Position numbers and translations under genes: made by a program. From Corallochytrium limacisporum Hawaii (Eukaryota > Protista > Pluriformea): a stretch of 64,000 nt of DNA. Under the pieces are notes generated by a model, which was not told where the DNA came from, searched no databases, and saw only the letters and a list, made by a program, of their open reading frames with translations. Positions 21,098 through 31,687 of this stretch are shown here, in pieces. The stretch spans positions 191,807-255,806 of the forward strand of contig PDIP01000043.1 in NCBI GenBank assembly GCA_002811645.1. The letters run 5' to 3'. The stretch's first letter is position 1. Every line of letters starts with the position of its first letter.

Positions 21098-21671
21098 TTT
21101 GGCATATAACACGGCTCATAATGTTTAGGGGAAACGGAACAAACGCTTCATAAATACAGGACAATGTTGATATTGCGAAGAATGATCCAGCTCCAGTGAT
21201 GTACCTTCATGATGTGTGGTGTGAAAAATCCCATCAGCTACGTCAGCTTCGCGCGGTCCACAGCGGAAAGGCGGGCCGGTCTTGGGAGGAACCCTCCTTT
21301 CCCGCCAATGGACAACCCCCCCCCCCGGTTCGCGTCTTCGGTGTGTAGGGTGGGTTTCAGGCGGCTGCCATTCCACTGCCTCAGCCGACTCCAAGCTTAG
21401 GCATGGCGCCAATTAAATAGGCCCCCAATTGATACACTATATTCACTACTGGTTGCCACAATTTCCTGCCAAGACGGCAAATTCAACTCTCTCACGGTAT
21501 GTGGCCGACTCGTTCGGACGCAATGGATGGTCTTGCTGCGCACAGACCCTAAGATATCAGCGAATTCACCCGAGTCAGCGGCGGGAACATACTTAAACTT
21601 GCTCACCTTGATTTGAACAAAGTCTTAGACTTCAACTGAAATGTTTCTAATATTTACTCGTCACATTGGTC

Positions 21672-23417
21672 ATGAAATCGAGAGCCAGCGGGATCAATCC
21701 CCAGAAACTAAAGCAAGCACGGGCATCTGGTGTCCTGAATATTGCTAACAGCGGACTCACAGAACTTCCTGAAGAAGTGTTTTCCCTTCCTGAATTGGCA
21801 AACCAAGATAGTCATATTGATTTCTCAAGCACAGACAATGGATGGTGGGAAAAACATGATCTACATAAGTTGGACGTCAGTCGCAACCAGCTGCAGACCC
21901 TACCTGAGAACCTTCATGAGCTCGAGTCTTTGGTTAAGTTGATTCTTCGAGACAACGAAATTCGTCTTCTACCTGAGAGCCTTTGCAAACTGCCAAATCT
22001 TGAGGTCCTCATTCTTACGAGGAACAAACTTTGCAAACTACCAGAATTTCTGGGCTTACTGGTTACTCTGAAAGTTCTGCAGATCGATGCCAACGAGCTG
22101 TTGGAATTGCCTATATCTGTCGGCGAATTGGTCCATATGGAGCAGTTGTATCTGCAGAGAAATTCTTTAACCACCTTGCCTTCTTCTCTTGGCTGCTGCC
22201 AGGCATTGAGAACAGTCGATCTCTCCTATAACCAATTGGTGTCTGTTCCCGATGTCCTATTCCACCTTCCTGAGCTGAAGGACCTCAAATTGTCCAGGAA
22301 TAGGATCAAAGAGGTACCCAACATTCGGAGTAGGACCTTGGTTCGTTTAGAGATTCGGGAGTGTTCATTGGAATGTATTGGTGACATTGACTGTCCTTGT
22401 TTGAAGGAACTCTATCTCGGCAGCAACAAACTCGCCGGGTTCCCGCCAAAGCTGAATGCAGCCTTACTGACAACCATTGACTGTGGCACGAATAAGATCT
22501 CCAACATTCCGAACGATATCGACAAGACGTTACCAAATGTTGAACGATTGGATATCAGCAACAACGGTATTTCCGAAATTCCTCCAGCAGTGGTTCGTCT
22601 TCGTCAACTTGAAAGCTTGGTGATTGAGGGAAACCCGCTGCGATCTATTCGACAGGGTGTCATAGCTAAGGGCACGAGCGCGGTGATCAAGTATTTGAAA
22701 GATCGGTACGCTGAGGAGGACGCGGATGATCAGCCTCAAGATGTCATGAACCGTATGCGAAATATGGCTTTACATGAGGACTACCAAAAGGGGGCTCTTG
22801 TAAATCTGGCAGGCAAAGGATTATCTGCTGTGCCTGATGAGGTTCATGAAGCAGTGAAGGATCTGGGAGTGGTCAAACGGCTGAACTTGTCCAACAACAA
22901 GTTTGTTGAAGTCCCAACAGAAGTTGCGCAGGCGGGTCGTCACCTGGAAGACCTTGATTTGAGCATCAATCGCCTGGTTCGCTTTCCAGGAGATTTGTGT
23001 ACGTGTTTAAGTAACCTTGCTCATTTGGATCTATCTCGCAACCAGATGGATCTCTTGCCATTGGAGTTCTCGCATCTGGGTCAGTTGCTGTCACTAAGAC
23101 TAGGATACAACAAATTCCGGGCCATTCCTGCTCTCGAAGGATTAAACACGCTTGAAGTGCTCATCCTGACAGATAACCAGATCGCCAGCATCGATGTTCA
23201 CATTTTGTTGTCAGTGCCTAAATTGAAGACATTGGACCTGAGCAACAATAACATTAGCCAAGTCCCGGCTGAGCTCGGCCACCTGAGACTGCAAAGCCTG
23301 GGACTTACGGGCAATCCCTTCCGAATTCCCCGACCACAGATCGTGATGAAAGGGACGAACGCCATCCTCGACTATCTGCGAAGCCGCTTACCGGCAGACA
23401 ATCGCATTACCGTCTAA
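21672..23417 (+). CDS. LRRC40: Leucine-rich repeat protein LRRC40-like
   Basis: LKQARASGVLNI, WWE..DLHKLDVSRNQL, two LRR arrays each capped by GNPLRSIRQ..GT..VIKYLKDR / GNPFRIPRPQIVMKGTNAILDYLRSR. Confidence 0.85.
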   Translation: MKSRASGINPQKLKQARASGVLNIANSGLTELPEEVFSLPELANQDSHIDFSSTDNGWWEKHDLHKLDVSRNQLQTLPENLHELESLVKLILRDNEIRLLPESLCKLPNLEVLILTRNKLCKLPEFLGLLVTLKVLQIDANELLELPISVGELVHMEQLYLQRNSLTTLPSSLGCCQALRTVDLSYNQLVSVPDVLFHLPELKDLKLSRNRIKEVPNIRSRTLVRLEIRECSLECIGDIDCPCLKELYLGSNKLAGFPPKLNAALLTTIDCGTNKISNIPNDIDKTLPNVERLDISNNGISEIPPAVVRLRQLESLVIEGNPLRSIRQGVIAKGTSAVIKYLKDRYAEEDADDQPQDVMNRMRNMALHEDYQKGALVNLAGKGLSAVPDEVHEAVKDLGVVKRLNLSNNKFVEVPTEVAQAGRHLEDLDLSINRLVRFPGDLCTCLSNLAHLDLSRNQMDLLPLEFSHLGQLLSLRLGYNKFRAIPALEGLNTLEVLILTDNQIASIDVHILLSVPKLKTLDLSNNNISQVPAELGHLRLQSLGLTGNPFRIPRPQIVMKGTNAILDYLRSRLPADNRITV

Positions 23418-23462
23418 CATGAATAAAACTTCTATGGAATTATACAAACTATTACTGGTACC

Positions 23463-25061
23463 TCACAGGAACAATGATTCTACGTCCTCCAGTCGAATTC
23501 CCTTCGTCTCGGGCAACTTGAGGAAGAAGTATATCCAGCCTACGACGGCAAATGCTGCGTACAGAAGGAACGTTCCCTCTGGTCTAAATGCATCGATAAG
23601 CGACAAGAACGTCAGACTGACCACGAAATTGGCGGCCCAATTCATACTTGTAGCTATGCCGGTGCCCGCGGATCGGTAGTGACTACCATATATCTCTGAG
23701 TTGATGGTCCATGGCATGGGCCCCATTCCAGAAGCAAAGCAGGCCAAGTACAAGACCATTGCGGAAAGCGACAGCAATGGCACACCCGTCCGGAATGAAA
23801 TGGACAATAACGCAAGGCTAATGGCCACACCTGCCAAGCTCCCTAGCAGCACACCTCGGCGTGAAAATTTGTGCGCGATCGGAATGCTGACCAAACTGAA
23901 GGCAAAATTGACAAAGGCTACCGGGGCTGCTAACCAGACAGCCCATGTATCGTCCTTAATGCCACTCTTCAGCAGGATGGTCGAAGAAAAATACATGACG
24001 GTGTTGATACCAACTAATTGTTGGATCAATTGCAGACTGCAACCCAGTACAAGAGCCTTTAGGAATGGTTTGTGGGTGAGCTTGTCCCAAATAGTTACCT
24101 CCAGACCACCATGCGTTCGAGATGCCTCCTCCGCCAGTTCTGCCAGCTCCACTGTCCCCGGCTCACCTTTCAATTTCTCCAGAATATGACTCGCCCGATC
24201 CATCTTGCTTTTCATTACGCACCAGCGGGGCGTCTCCACCAAGAATGCATACGCCAGCACCAGCTGGAGGAAGGACGGGATCCCACTCACTCCAAGCATC
24301 CACCGCCAGTTGTTGGGTGTGTTTACAAGGAACCCATTCACCACAGTGGCCACGAATTGGCCAAAGGTAATCTGCGTATTGTAAAACACAATAATTGCAC
24401 CCCTCTTCTTGGCCGGAGACATCTCCGCCAAGTACATGGGGATAGCCTGAGATGCAATACCCACGCCTAGACCTGCAACAACACGACCGAACACGAGCAT
24501 AGTCGTATTACGAGCTGCACCCATAAGCAAAGCACCCACTGTGAAGGCTATTGCAGATATAATGATGGTAGGTCTCCTACCCGTACGGTCGCTTAGGTAA
24601 GACCCTATGTATGATCCGAACCAAGCCCCAAGAACAGCACCAGCCACAACAATACCTTGCATGATCGAACTGAGTTCGAGATCTTTAGCAATTAGAACAA
24701 TGGCGCCACTGACTACTCCAGTGTCATACCCAAATAGGAACCCGCCCATTGAGGCTATCAAAGAAAGGTACAGCAATCGCAAAGACGGCATCGACCGCAT
24801 AGGATCACGGCCATCTCCATCAGCAAAGAAATGTAAGTCAGTGCTATCCAAAAAGAGATCCTCGCCAGAATGAGAATAGGTGAGATCACTGTAGCTCGCC
24901 TGTTCCTCATCTTGCTCAAGGGGTCGATAGCCGCCCCCCGACATTGTGTTTGATCTTCTTGGACTTCTTCGTGGACTTCTTCGTGGACTTCTTCGTCGAC
25001 CACCACCACCCCTGAAGCGGCCAAGCGGAATCACCTGGTCCTGTGTGTTGGATGGATTCAT
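23463..25061 (-). CDS. MFS sugar porter, proton/myo-inositol transporter-like (SLC2A13/ITR)
   Basis: GGFLFGYDTGVVSGA, SDRTGRR, YLAEMSP..KRG, ETPRW, QQLVGINTVMYFS, GMGPMPWTINSEIY, PETKG. Confidence 0.93.
   Translation of the reverse strand: MNPSNTQDQVIPLGRFRGGGGRRRSPRRSPRRSPRRSNTMSGGGYRPLEQDEEQASYSDLTYSHSGEDLFLDSTDLHFFADGDGRDPMRSMPSLRLLYLSLIASMGGFLFGYDTGVVSGAIVLIAKDLELSSIMQGIVVAGAVLGAWFGSYIGSYLSDRTGRRPTIIISAIAFTVGALLMGAARNTTMLVFGRVVAGLGVGIASQAIPMYLAEMSPAKKRGAIIVFYNTQITFGQFVATVVNGFLVNTPNNWRWMLGVSGIPSFLQLVLAYAFLVETPRWCVMKSKMDRASHILEKLKGEPGTVELAELAEEASRTHGGLEVTIWDKLTHKPFLKALVLGCSLQLIQQLVGINTVMYFSSTILLKSGIKDDTWAVWLAAPVAFVNFAFSLVSIPIAHKFSRRGVLLGSLAGVAISLALLSISFRTGVPLLSLSAMVLYLACFASGMGPMPWTINSEIYGSHYRSAGTGIATSMNWAANFVVSLTFLSLIDAFRPEGTFLLYAAFAVVGWIYFFLKLPETKGIRLEDVESLFL
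24961..24996. repeat. Three perfect 12-bp tandem repeats GGACTTCTTCGT (encode RRSP repeats on - strand)
   Basis: Read directly. Confidence 0.9.
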
Positions 25062-25961
25062 TTATTTTTGCAACTGTTATCGGTACATTTCACTTTCAAC
25101 AGAAATCACATTCTCTCTGACCGTCTGAAAGTTTCTTGGCCTGCGGCAGTGGTTCCTGTCGCTTTGATTGCGTACAATCAACACAAGTTACTCTTACTGG
25201 AAATCTTCATAGCCCATGATCATCTCATTTTCCAGACATCTCATTTCCGAACTACCTTTGAGGAACACTTAGGGTGACCAACTAACAGCAGCAGCCCACT
25301 CAACTCCGAAGATTCTCACCGTTCGGAACATCAGGGGCTCATTGGCCATCGGACTCGCCAGAAAAAATTAAGGAGGAGGAATGGCGGCAACGGTGCGATG
25401 GCAAGAAAAAAAACTTACGAGGGTACGCCCCCGGACCGGGCTAGCCATTGTTCACCACAGTCGGGGGAGCCAAAATCGGTCCACCCTCCACTTCGCCGCT
25501 CGCCCGCGCACTCCTGGTTCCGCATCAGGGGACGCGCGTACCAGCAGGAGATTAGCGATCTTCAATATGTGAGAGCACACAGACCAGGCGCAGATTTCAC
25601 ATCGGCCCCTCCCCTTCCCCCCTCCCTTCCTGGGGGAGGGGGTAGGGTGGAGGTTGGGAAGGGAGGGACTCGGTTCCTCGATAGCACCTGTAGTTTGAAA
25701 CGCCCCCGTGTGGTTGTGTCAATAGTTTGACATTGTGAATCACGGACAGGCATACACGCCGGTGGCACGAAACCCAACCACCGTCGTTGCGCAGATGGGG
25801 GCTTAAGGTGAGCAAGGTGCAGCAGTATTGGGGTATTAGAATCATGGAAATAGGGTACTCTTTACATTTCAACTCATATCGTACATACACAAAGATGTCT
25901 GCAAACACCGCGAAACAGACAGAGACACGCAGAAATTCTTACAGAGAGAAAGAGCTATGGC

Positions 25962-27467
25962 ATGGTCATGAGTAGTGTTGTTGAGCGGCAGAGGCTGCTC
26001 CATAGGGAGATTGATGTGCTTGTTGACCAGGCGGTCGAGGCGTTGAGCAAAGCACAAGATGTGAGGCGAGGGGAAACTTCAAAACAGCGCTGCAGGCGGC
26101 TAATGCGTGAGGCTGTGAGCGCGGCATTGATTGAACAAACCCTTTCGAAACAGGACGCTTTACTAAGTCAGTATTTGAGCAGTTCGGGAACCCGACAGGA
26201 AGAAATCGATACGATCAAGTGCCTCACTGCAGAGTCCCCTATCGAGGCAGCCGTGAATGAGTTCCGACTTGCTCTAAAGGGGCTCAAGACCGGGAGCGCG
26301 TCGACATCCACGGTTACCCAAGAATCTGACGTACACTCAATATTTCCTCCACAGTTCACTGACATTGCTCAACGGAAGGCTTTGCTGCCGTTTCGTGAAC
26401 AAGAGCACATTGGGCGCTTCCTTGACTTAGGGATCCACTATGAACGGTTTATGTCAATAGCACCGGACACACCCGGCACACCAAGCACATTGATGAAATA
26501 CGTCGCCAGCATAGACGATTTTTCTTATATTGCGAAAAATACCAAGCAAAGACCGGAGTACCGCCAGTTCCTCTCTAGTCTCCGAGATGATTTGCTGAGG
26601 TACCACCGAGGACGGTTTCCATTGCACGACATTGATACAGATTTGGATCGAGTCAAGTCTGACGTTATGTCTGATCTACAGCTAGGAAAACTAACAAATT
26701 GGTCGGAGTACTCTACCATAACTGATGGAGAAGACAATGGTAATCCTACGAACTACTGTGTGGCATGCAAGAGAGTGTTCGCAAACTCGGCTGTCTTCGA
26801 GGGCCATCTTAGCGGGAAAGCACATAGGTTCAAGCAGGCCAAACTAGATAAGCGATTGAAGAAACACGGCTCTCCAAATGACAACGTGGGTGGCATCAAC
26901 ACTGCCAATGATCTTCTGAAAAAGCGCATTGAGGGCCTTGTTGTGCTTGAGTGGGAGATCAAAGCCCTGGCAGATCGCCTTCGAGAGGATTTGGATGATA
27001 CCGTCAAAGAGTTGGAACGTACGGCGACGTTGACAGACAAGGAACGAGCAATGGAGCGACAGGAACTACTTCAGGCCATCATGGATGTAGACGTTCTGGA
27101 AACCAGTGACGATGAGATTTTGGATCCAGTGGAGCAGGGCGGCCAGTATGGAACGCATGACTTGGAACAAATGTATACGGATGTCGACGGCACTCCGATT
27201 CCCCGCTGGCTCTGGAAGTTACGTGGATTGAATCAAGAGTTCGTTTGCGAAATTTGTGCCAATGATGTGTTCAAAGGCCCTCATGCATTCCATAATCACT
27301 TTAAGCGGTCCAAACATAGCGCAGGCTTGCACATGCTCGGCATCAAATTCTCGCCAGAATTCATCGGTGTAACTGGAATTGAGGAAGCTAAGGCACTTTG
27401 GGAGTCCATACACACGCGAGCGATGGAGACATTCTTCCGGCCGGGTCATGAAGAAGACGCCGAATGA
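25962..27467 (+). CDS. SF3A3: Splicing factor SF3a60/Prp9-like, divergent
   Basis: ERQRLLHRE, EHIGRFLDL, C2H2 YCVACKRVF..FEGHLSGKAH, DGTPIPRWLWKLRGLNQEFVCEICAN..FKG..AFHNHF....H..GL..LGI. Confidence 0.88.
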   Translation: MVMSSVVERQRLLHREIDVLVDQAVEALSKAQDVRRGETSKQRCRRLMREAVSAALIEQTLSKQDALLSQYLSSSGTRQEEIDTIKCLTAESPIEAAVNEFRLALKGLKTGSASTSTVTQESDVHSIFPPQFTDIAQRKALLPFREQEHIGRFLDLGIHYERFMSIAPDTPGTPSTLMKYVASIDDFSYIAKNTKQRPEYRQFLSSLRDDLLRYHRGRFPLHDIDTDLDRVKSDVMSDLQLGKLTNWSEYSTITDGEDNGNPTNYCVACKRVFANSAVFEGHLSGKAHRFKQAKLDKRLKKHGSPNDNVGGINTANDLLKKRIEGLVVLEWEIKALADRLREDLDDTVKELERTATLTDKERAMERQELLQAIMDVDVLETSDDEILDPVEQGGQYGTHDLEQMYTDVDGTPIPRWLWKLRGLNQEFVCEICANDVFKGPHAFHNHFKRSKHSAGLHMLGIKFSPEFIGVTGIEEAKALWESIHTRAMETFFRPGHEEDAE

Positions 27468-27572
27468 CAACACGAGTCATTGTCAATAAAACTAGTAATG
27501 TATCATTCATTAAACATTCGCTACAAGATGGCTTAAGAAGTTGCCATTAGTTGCAGGCGGACGAGGTTCAGC

Positions 27573-29723
27573 TCAACCAAAGATCTGGTTCTTGTGAACT
27601 GACTGCGTCTTCTCAAGCACCGGGCGTTTGGGAATCTTAACAGCCTTCATTCTGCTCCTGTCGGTGTTGCGCCGTGTTATCTGGGGGATTTGGCTAGTGG
27701 TTGCCCTTAAGTTTGGATGCCTAGGTACTCCGTTGACACCGCTGATGGCACTATAGGTACCCGCGACGTCTGTGGTGCTCATGATAGTTTGTCGGCGCAA
27801 GTTAACAACAATGCTATCGAGGACTTGTTCAATCTCCAAATGATTCTGAATGGCCGACATGTGACGGAACGTCTCAAACTGCGCGGTCTTAACGCCGTAC
27901 GCAATAGTCTCATTCGTAGGGTTTGAAATGATCTTGGCGAAATCCCAGAGGCGCATAGGAGGTGCCAAAGTGACATTTCCGTAATAGTCCTGAGCCAGAA
28001 TCTCACGGATTGCAATGAAGAGCTTTGGGACTATGCCAAGGTTGATCATCTGGCTGCAGCGGTGCCTTATCTCGGAGCTGCCAATCATGAGCAGAGACTT
28101 GGGAAGAAAATGAGACACTCGCATGACGGGGTTGATATGAGGGTTCACTTGAGACACAATAAAGTGGTTCACATTGAACAACTCGCTCAACCGCAGCATG
28201 GGCAAATCTGCCTCCAGACTTCCGTCCATCCAGCGACTCTCATATTGATTCCATGGCACAATCTTGCCCTCGTCATCTTTAGCCATAAGCTCTACACTCG
28301 GCATCAGACCAGGCATCGCACAGCTTGCGCATGCACCACTCCAAATGGTGACGTCGGGCGCGGTCAAATAATTCAGCAAGCGAGGTCCCTCATGCTCTTG
28401 TGACGAGTTGATGCTAATATTCAAAATCCGCCCGGTCATATTGTAGGACTCTCTGAAGGTCATATCTCCTGCGTAGCGACGGATGCATTCCCGAAGGTAG
28501 TGGTTGGGTACCAAATATCCCTTGGACATCAGACGGAGAACTTTGCGTCCAAAGCTCCACGTCTCTCCATGATTATTAAAGGCCTGGACGTCGAATCCGT
28601 CATCCTCAAACAATTTGTACACGTCTTCGTCCTTCGTACAGCAGAGCAGACAGGAAATCAAGGCGCCGCCGGATGAGCCACTCAAAATGCGGGGTAGAAG
28701 GCCTTGTTCCCATAAAGCCTTGCACACCCCAAGATGGTACATTGCTAGGGCACCTCCACCGCTCATAAGCAGTGCAGACCGACCGAAGGAGCGGCGAATG
28801 TCCTCAAACATTGCAAGTTTTTCTACAAGGGGCAAGCCGGGAATGTCAGTTTCCCCAATCTGTTTCAGTTGGTGTGCAACCTCGTCAATATACTGCTCGA
28901 TGAGAACTTTAGTGCCGACATGTGTCTTTGAGTACAACTTATCGTTCAACATGCCACCCAGATTGCGAAACAGCCCAGAGCGCAACAGATACATCACTTG
29001 CATAAGGTCCTTCTTCTTACTAGCTTCCCGTAGTTCTTCAAGGCGCTTGAAGATAAGCATACTATCGTAGTCGTCACACTCCATCTGGAACTTCCATGGG
29101 GTCTTTCCCTCAATATCATCCAGCATGAGTGCTACTTTGCAATATTGTTCGTAAGTGCTAGCCTCATACATCTCTTGGTAGAGCTGGCGCAAGCGGAGAC
29201 TATTTGGGATCAACCATTCACTTATATTTCGAGTCCAATGAGACGCAATATCAGAAACCAATGCCAAACCAGTAGCATCGATGGACGAAACCGAGTCTTG
29301 CCTGGAAAGCTGTCTCGCAAACTGAACTGGGTTCTCCAGCTTCGGGGTCACACCTTCGTCAAGAATTAGAGGGTCAATTTCCTCTGTATGCTGCAATGCA
29401 AACGCAAGTTTCTTTGGAGTCTCAAACCCAAGAGTGCCAAAGCTATCCATCCGAGTTATGTCACAAGTGCTGACACTGTCCCTAAGACTAAAGCCATCTC
29501 CCCGAGCTTCCTCATACTCGATGTGTTGGTTGTTGTTAGAGCGTAATACCGGTGATCCCAGTGGTGCAGGGACAGCACGGTCGACTTCCGCCTCTTCAGC
29601 CAAACGAGCCCTCTCATGTTCTCGCTTCCGATCGTCTTCAAACGTGGGACGGGGCTCTGCACTAGGGCTCCGTCCATTCTCCCGTGGCGTCTTCAAGACG
29701 TCGGTACCTTCTGATAGAGCCAT
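27573..29723 (-). CDS. Patatin-domain triacylglycerol lipase (TGL3/4/5, SDP1 type)
   Basis: GRSALLMSGGG, GSSGG nucleophile motif, LLNYLTAPDV, DGS, LSELFNVNHFIVSQVNPH; first ATG 29723. Confidence 0.93.
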   Translation of the reverse strand: MALSEGTDVLKTPRENGRSPSAEPRPTFEDDRKREHERARLAEEAEVDRAVPAPLGSPVLRSNNNQHIEYEEARGDGFSLRDSVSTCDITRMDSFGTLGFETPKKLAFALQHTEEIDPLILDEGVTPKLENPVQFARQLSRQDSVSSIDATGLALVSDIASHWTRNISEWLIPNSLRLRQLYQEMYEASTYEQYCKVALMLDDIEGKTPWKFQMECDDYDSMLIFKRLEELREASKKKDLMQVMYLLRSGLFRNLGGMLNDKLYSKTHVGTKVLIEQYIDEVAHQLKQIGETDIPGLPLVEKLAMFEDIRRSFGRSALLMSGGGALAMYHLGVCKALWEQGLLPRILSGSSGGALISCLLCCTKDEDVYKLFEDDGFDVQAFNNHGETWSFGRKVLRLMSKGYLVPNHYLRECIRRYAGDMTFRESYNMTGRILNISINSSQEHEGPRLLNYLTAPDVTIWSGACASCAMPGLMPSVELMAKDDEGKIVPWNQYESRWMDGSLEADLPMLRLSELFNVNHFIVSQVNPHINPVMRVSHFLPKSLLMIGSSEIRHRCSQMINLGIVPKLFIAIREILAQDYYGNVTLAPPMRLWDFAKIISNPTNETIAYGVKTAQFETFRHMSAIQNHLEIEQVLDSIVVNLRRQTIMSTTDVAGTYSAISGVNGVPRHPNLRATTSQIPQITRRNTDRSRMKAVKIPKRPVLEKTQSVHKNQIFG

Positions 29724-30175
29724 TATTTTGTGTTCGTTTTTTTGGCCTGCTATTGAATAATTAAAATTTTCGGTGCACACGTCCACAGGGTGTATTGTAT
29801 GGGAAAATGGCCTACTCGTCCATCCTGTGCTTCCAAGTGATTGATAATTTGTTCAAGCCAAGGGCTGTCCGTGACGACTCTCAGGTTCACGTAGCCAATA
29901 TAGAAGATAATGCTCACTTCTTGCCTTCTCCAAATGGTCGAGTTATGCGTATGGAATACCTGTCATCATTGGAGGAGGCCTATCAGTCTCACGGCCCGGT
30001 CGGTAGCAAGCGAGAATGGAAACAAAGCAAAGATTGCCAGGTCTGTCCCCTCCCCGCGACGGTGACCCGTCTGCGGCAAATCCGTCCGCCATATATTGTC
30101 TACAGGAGCTCCAGAGAGAGTTTTCGTCTGCGCGCTCCCGCCTCCCCCCTATTTATTAACGGTCGTCCCTTTCCG

Positions 30176-30191
30176 CCCCCGGGGGGGGGGG
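30176..30191. promoter_or_regulatory. C5G11 run upstream of the lipase gene
   Basis: CCCCCGGGGGGGGGGG read directly. Confidence 0.45.
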
Positions 30192-30303
30192 CTGGTTGGG
30201 CGCCCTGGGGTGTATCTAACCGATCTGTACCGCTGTCTTACTACTGCTGCTTCTTTTTTTTTATTCCCCCGCCGTTGGTTCCACCCAAAACGAGACCCTT
30301 GGG

Positions 30304-30950
30304 GGCAGCGGTGCCTGTTGCAGTGCTCGACCCGCCGGCTCCGCTGCCGCAGCAGCAAACACAGACGCAAGGCAGGCAGAGACAGAGAGTTGGACGGACA
30401 ACACGTTACGCAGCGGACCGATAGGTAGGTAAGGCAGCGATATGCGCAGTTGTGTTACCACTGGGAAGAAACAAAAAGGAACAGAAGTGGAAGCGAACGG
30501 GCGGCTCGTCTAATTCTCTTCCTTGACTTGTCCTGAGCGGTGCTCTGAGACTGAAGCTGTTCCTGACGGGCCCACTTCCGACGGCAATAGGCTCCAATTC
30601 GAGTTTGCCCCAAAATTTTGAAGAAAGGCTTTAACTTGTCCAGTATTGGAACTGGTATGCAATGCTACGGGCGATGATCCATCGCTCGCACCCCTCTTAG
30701 GTTGACGAAAAGCACAGGTGACTTTAGTTGATCTCAGCGAGGTAGTGACGCGTAACAGGTAGATTACACTGCGATTTGTCCAGTATCTCACTGTCGTTCC
30801 CCAACTCCCTTTACACAGTAATGCCTTGATCAGTGGGCACGCGACTTTTGATCCCGCTGTGGGCAGCTGATACGTGAGAGCGAGAACCCCGACGCGGCAA
30901 CAGTGAGCCCAGTGCCGGAGCAGTTGCTGCTTGAACTCTGTCTGTCGCCC
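30304..30950 (+). ncRNA. Candidate structured, possibly spliced non-coding RNA
   Basis: Nested helices, GTAAGG donor 30429, TCTCAC plus pyrimidine tract and CAG 30818; no credible ORF. Confidence 0.35.
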
Positions 30951-31687
30951 ACTTTGGAGAAAAATTTTTTCTCCCTTCCCTCCGGTGCGCGCCAGACAAA
31001 CAGACCCGCACGCACGGGGCAATGTAAAAATAGCACCCGCCCTGGTGGGTCATTCAGCAAATCAACTGATTGTTTCATCTGCACCTTGATGGCGAAACCC
31101 CGTGGGTAAATAGGACATAGGGCCACCAGACACAAATTTTGTGGGGTGCTTCGAACCCGTATCTTCACAGTAGACTGATGGCAGGGTGCAATATCCGGCC
31201 AATGACCGAGACGGATGAAAAGCCGGCAACAAACACTTAGGGGCTTTTGGAAAACCAACAAAGAACATTTGAAAGCATAAGGCCATAACCAAAGTTAGCA
31301 AAGCAGGAACCCCCTCTGGGTCTGTGGGGAAGAAAAATGGGTGGTGAGAGTTAGCTTCCATACCTACCCGCCGAGCTCGAAAGACTGTTCCAGCCGCTGC
31401 TCGCAGCGTGTCTTGCTCGAGGCTAGAAGGCCAGCATGTTGACATGAACAGCTCTGCATATCAATCCGCACTTGAGCAATGTCCAGTGGGATACCATGAC
31501 AATGAGTGTCGGTCGTACATTCCGAAGAGTGTCCTTCGAAAGAGAAAATCAGGTTTCTGCGGCTGTCACAGCGTGGCAAGTAGGCTTGATTCATTGGAGG
31601 GTATGTTATATGCACATTTACTGTTGACCAGCTCGCACATTTGGCAAGTACGTCCCTGAATGCTTTACGCGCCCTTTTTGATCTCAA

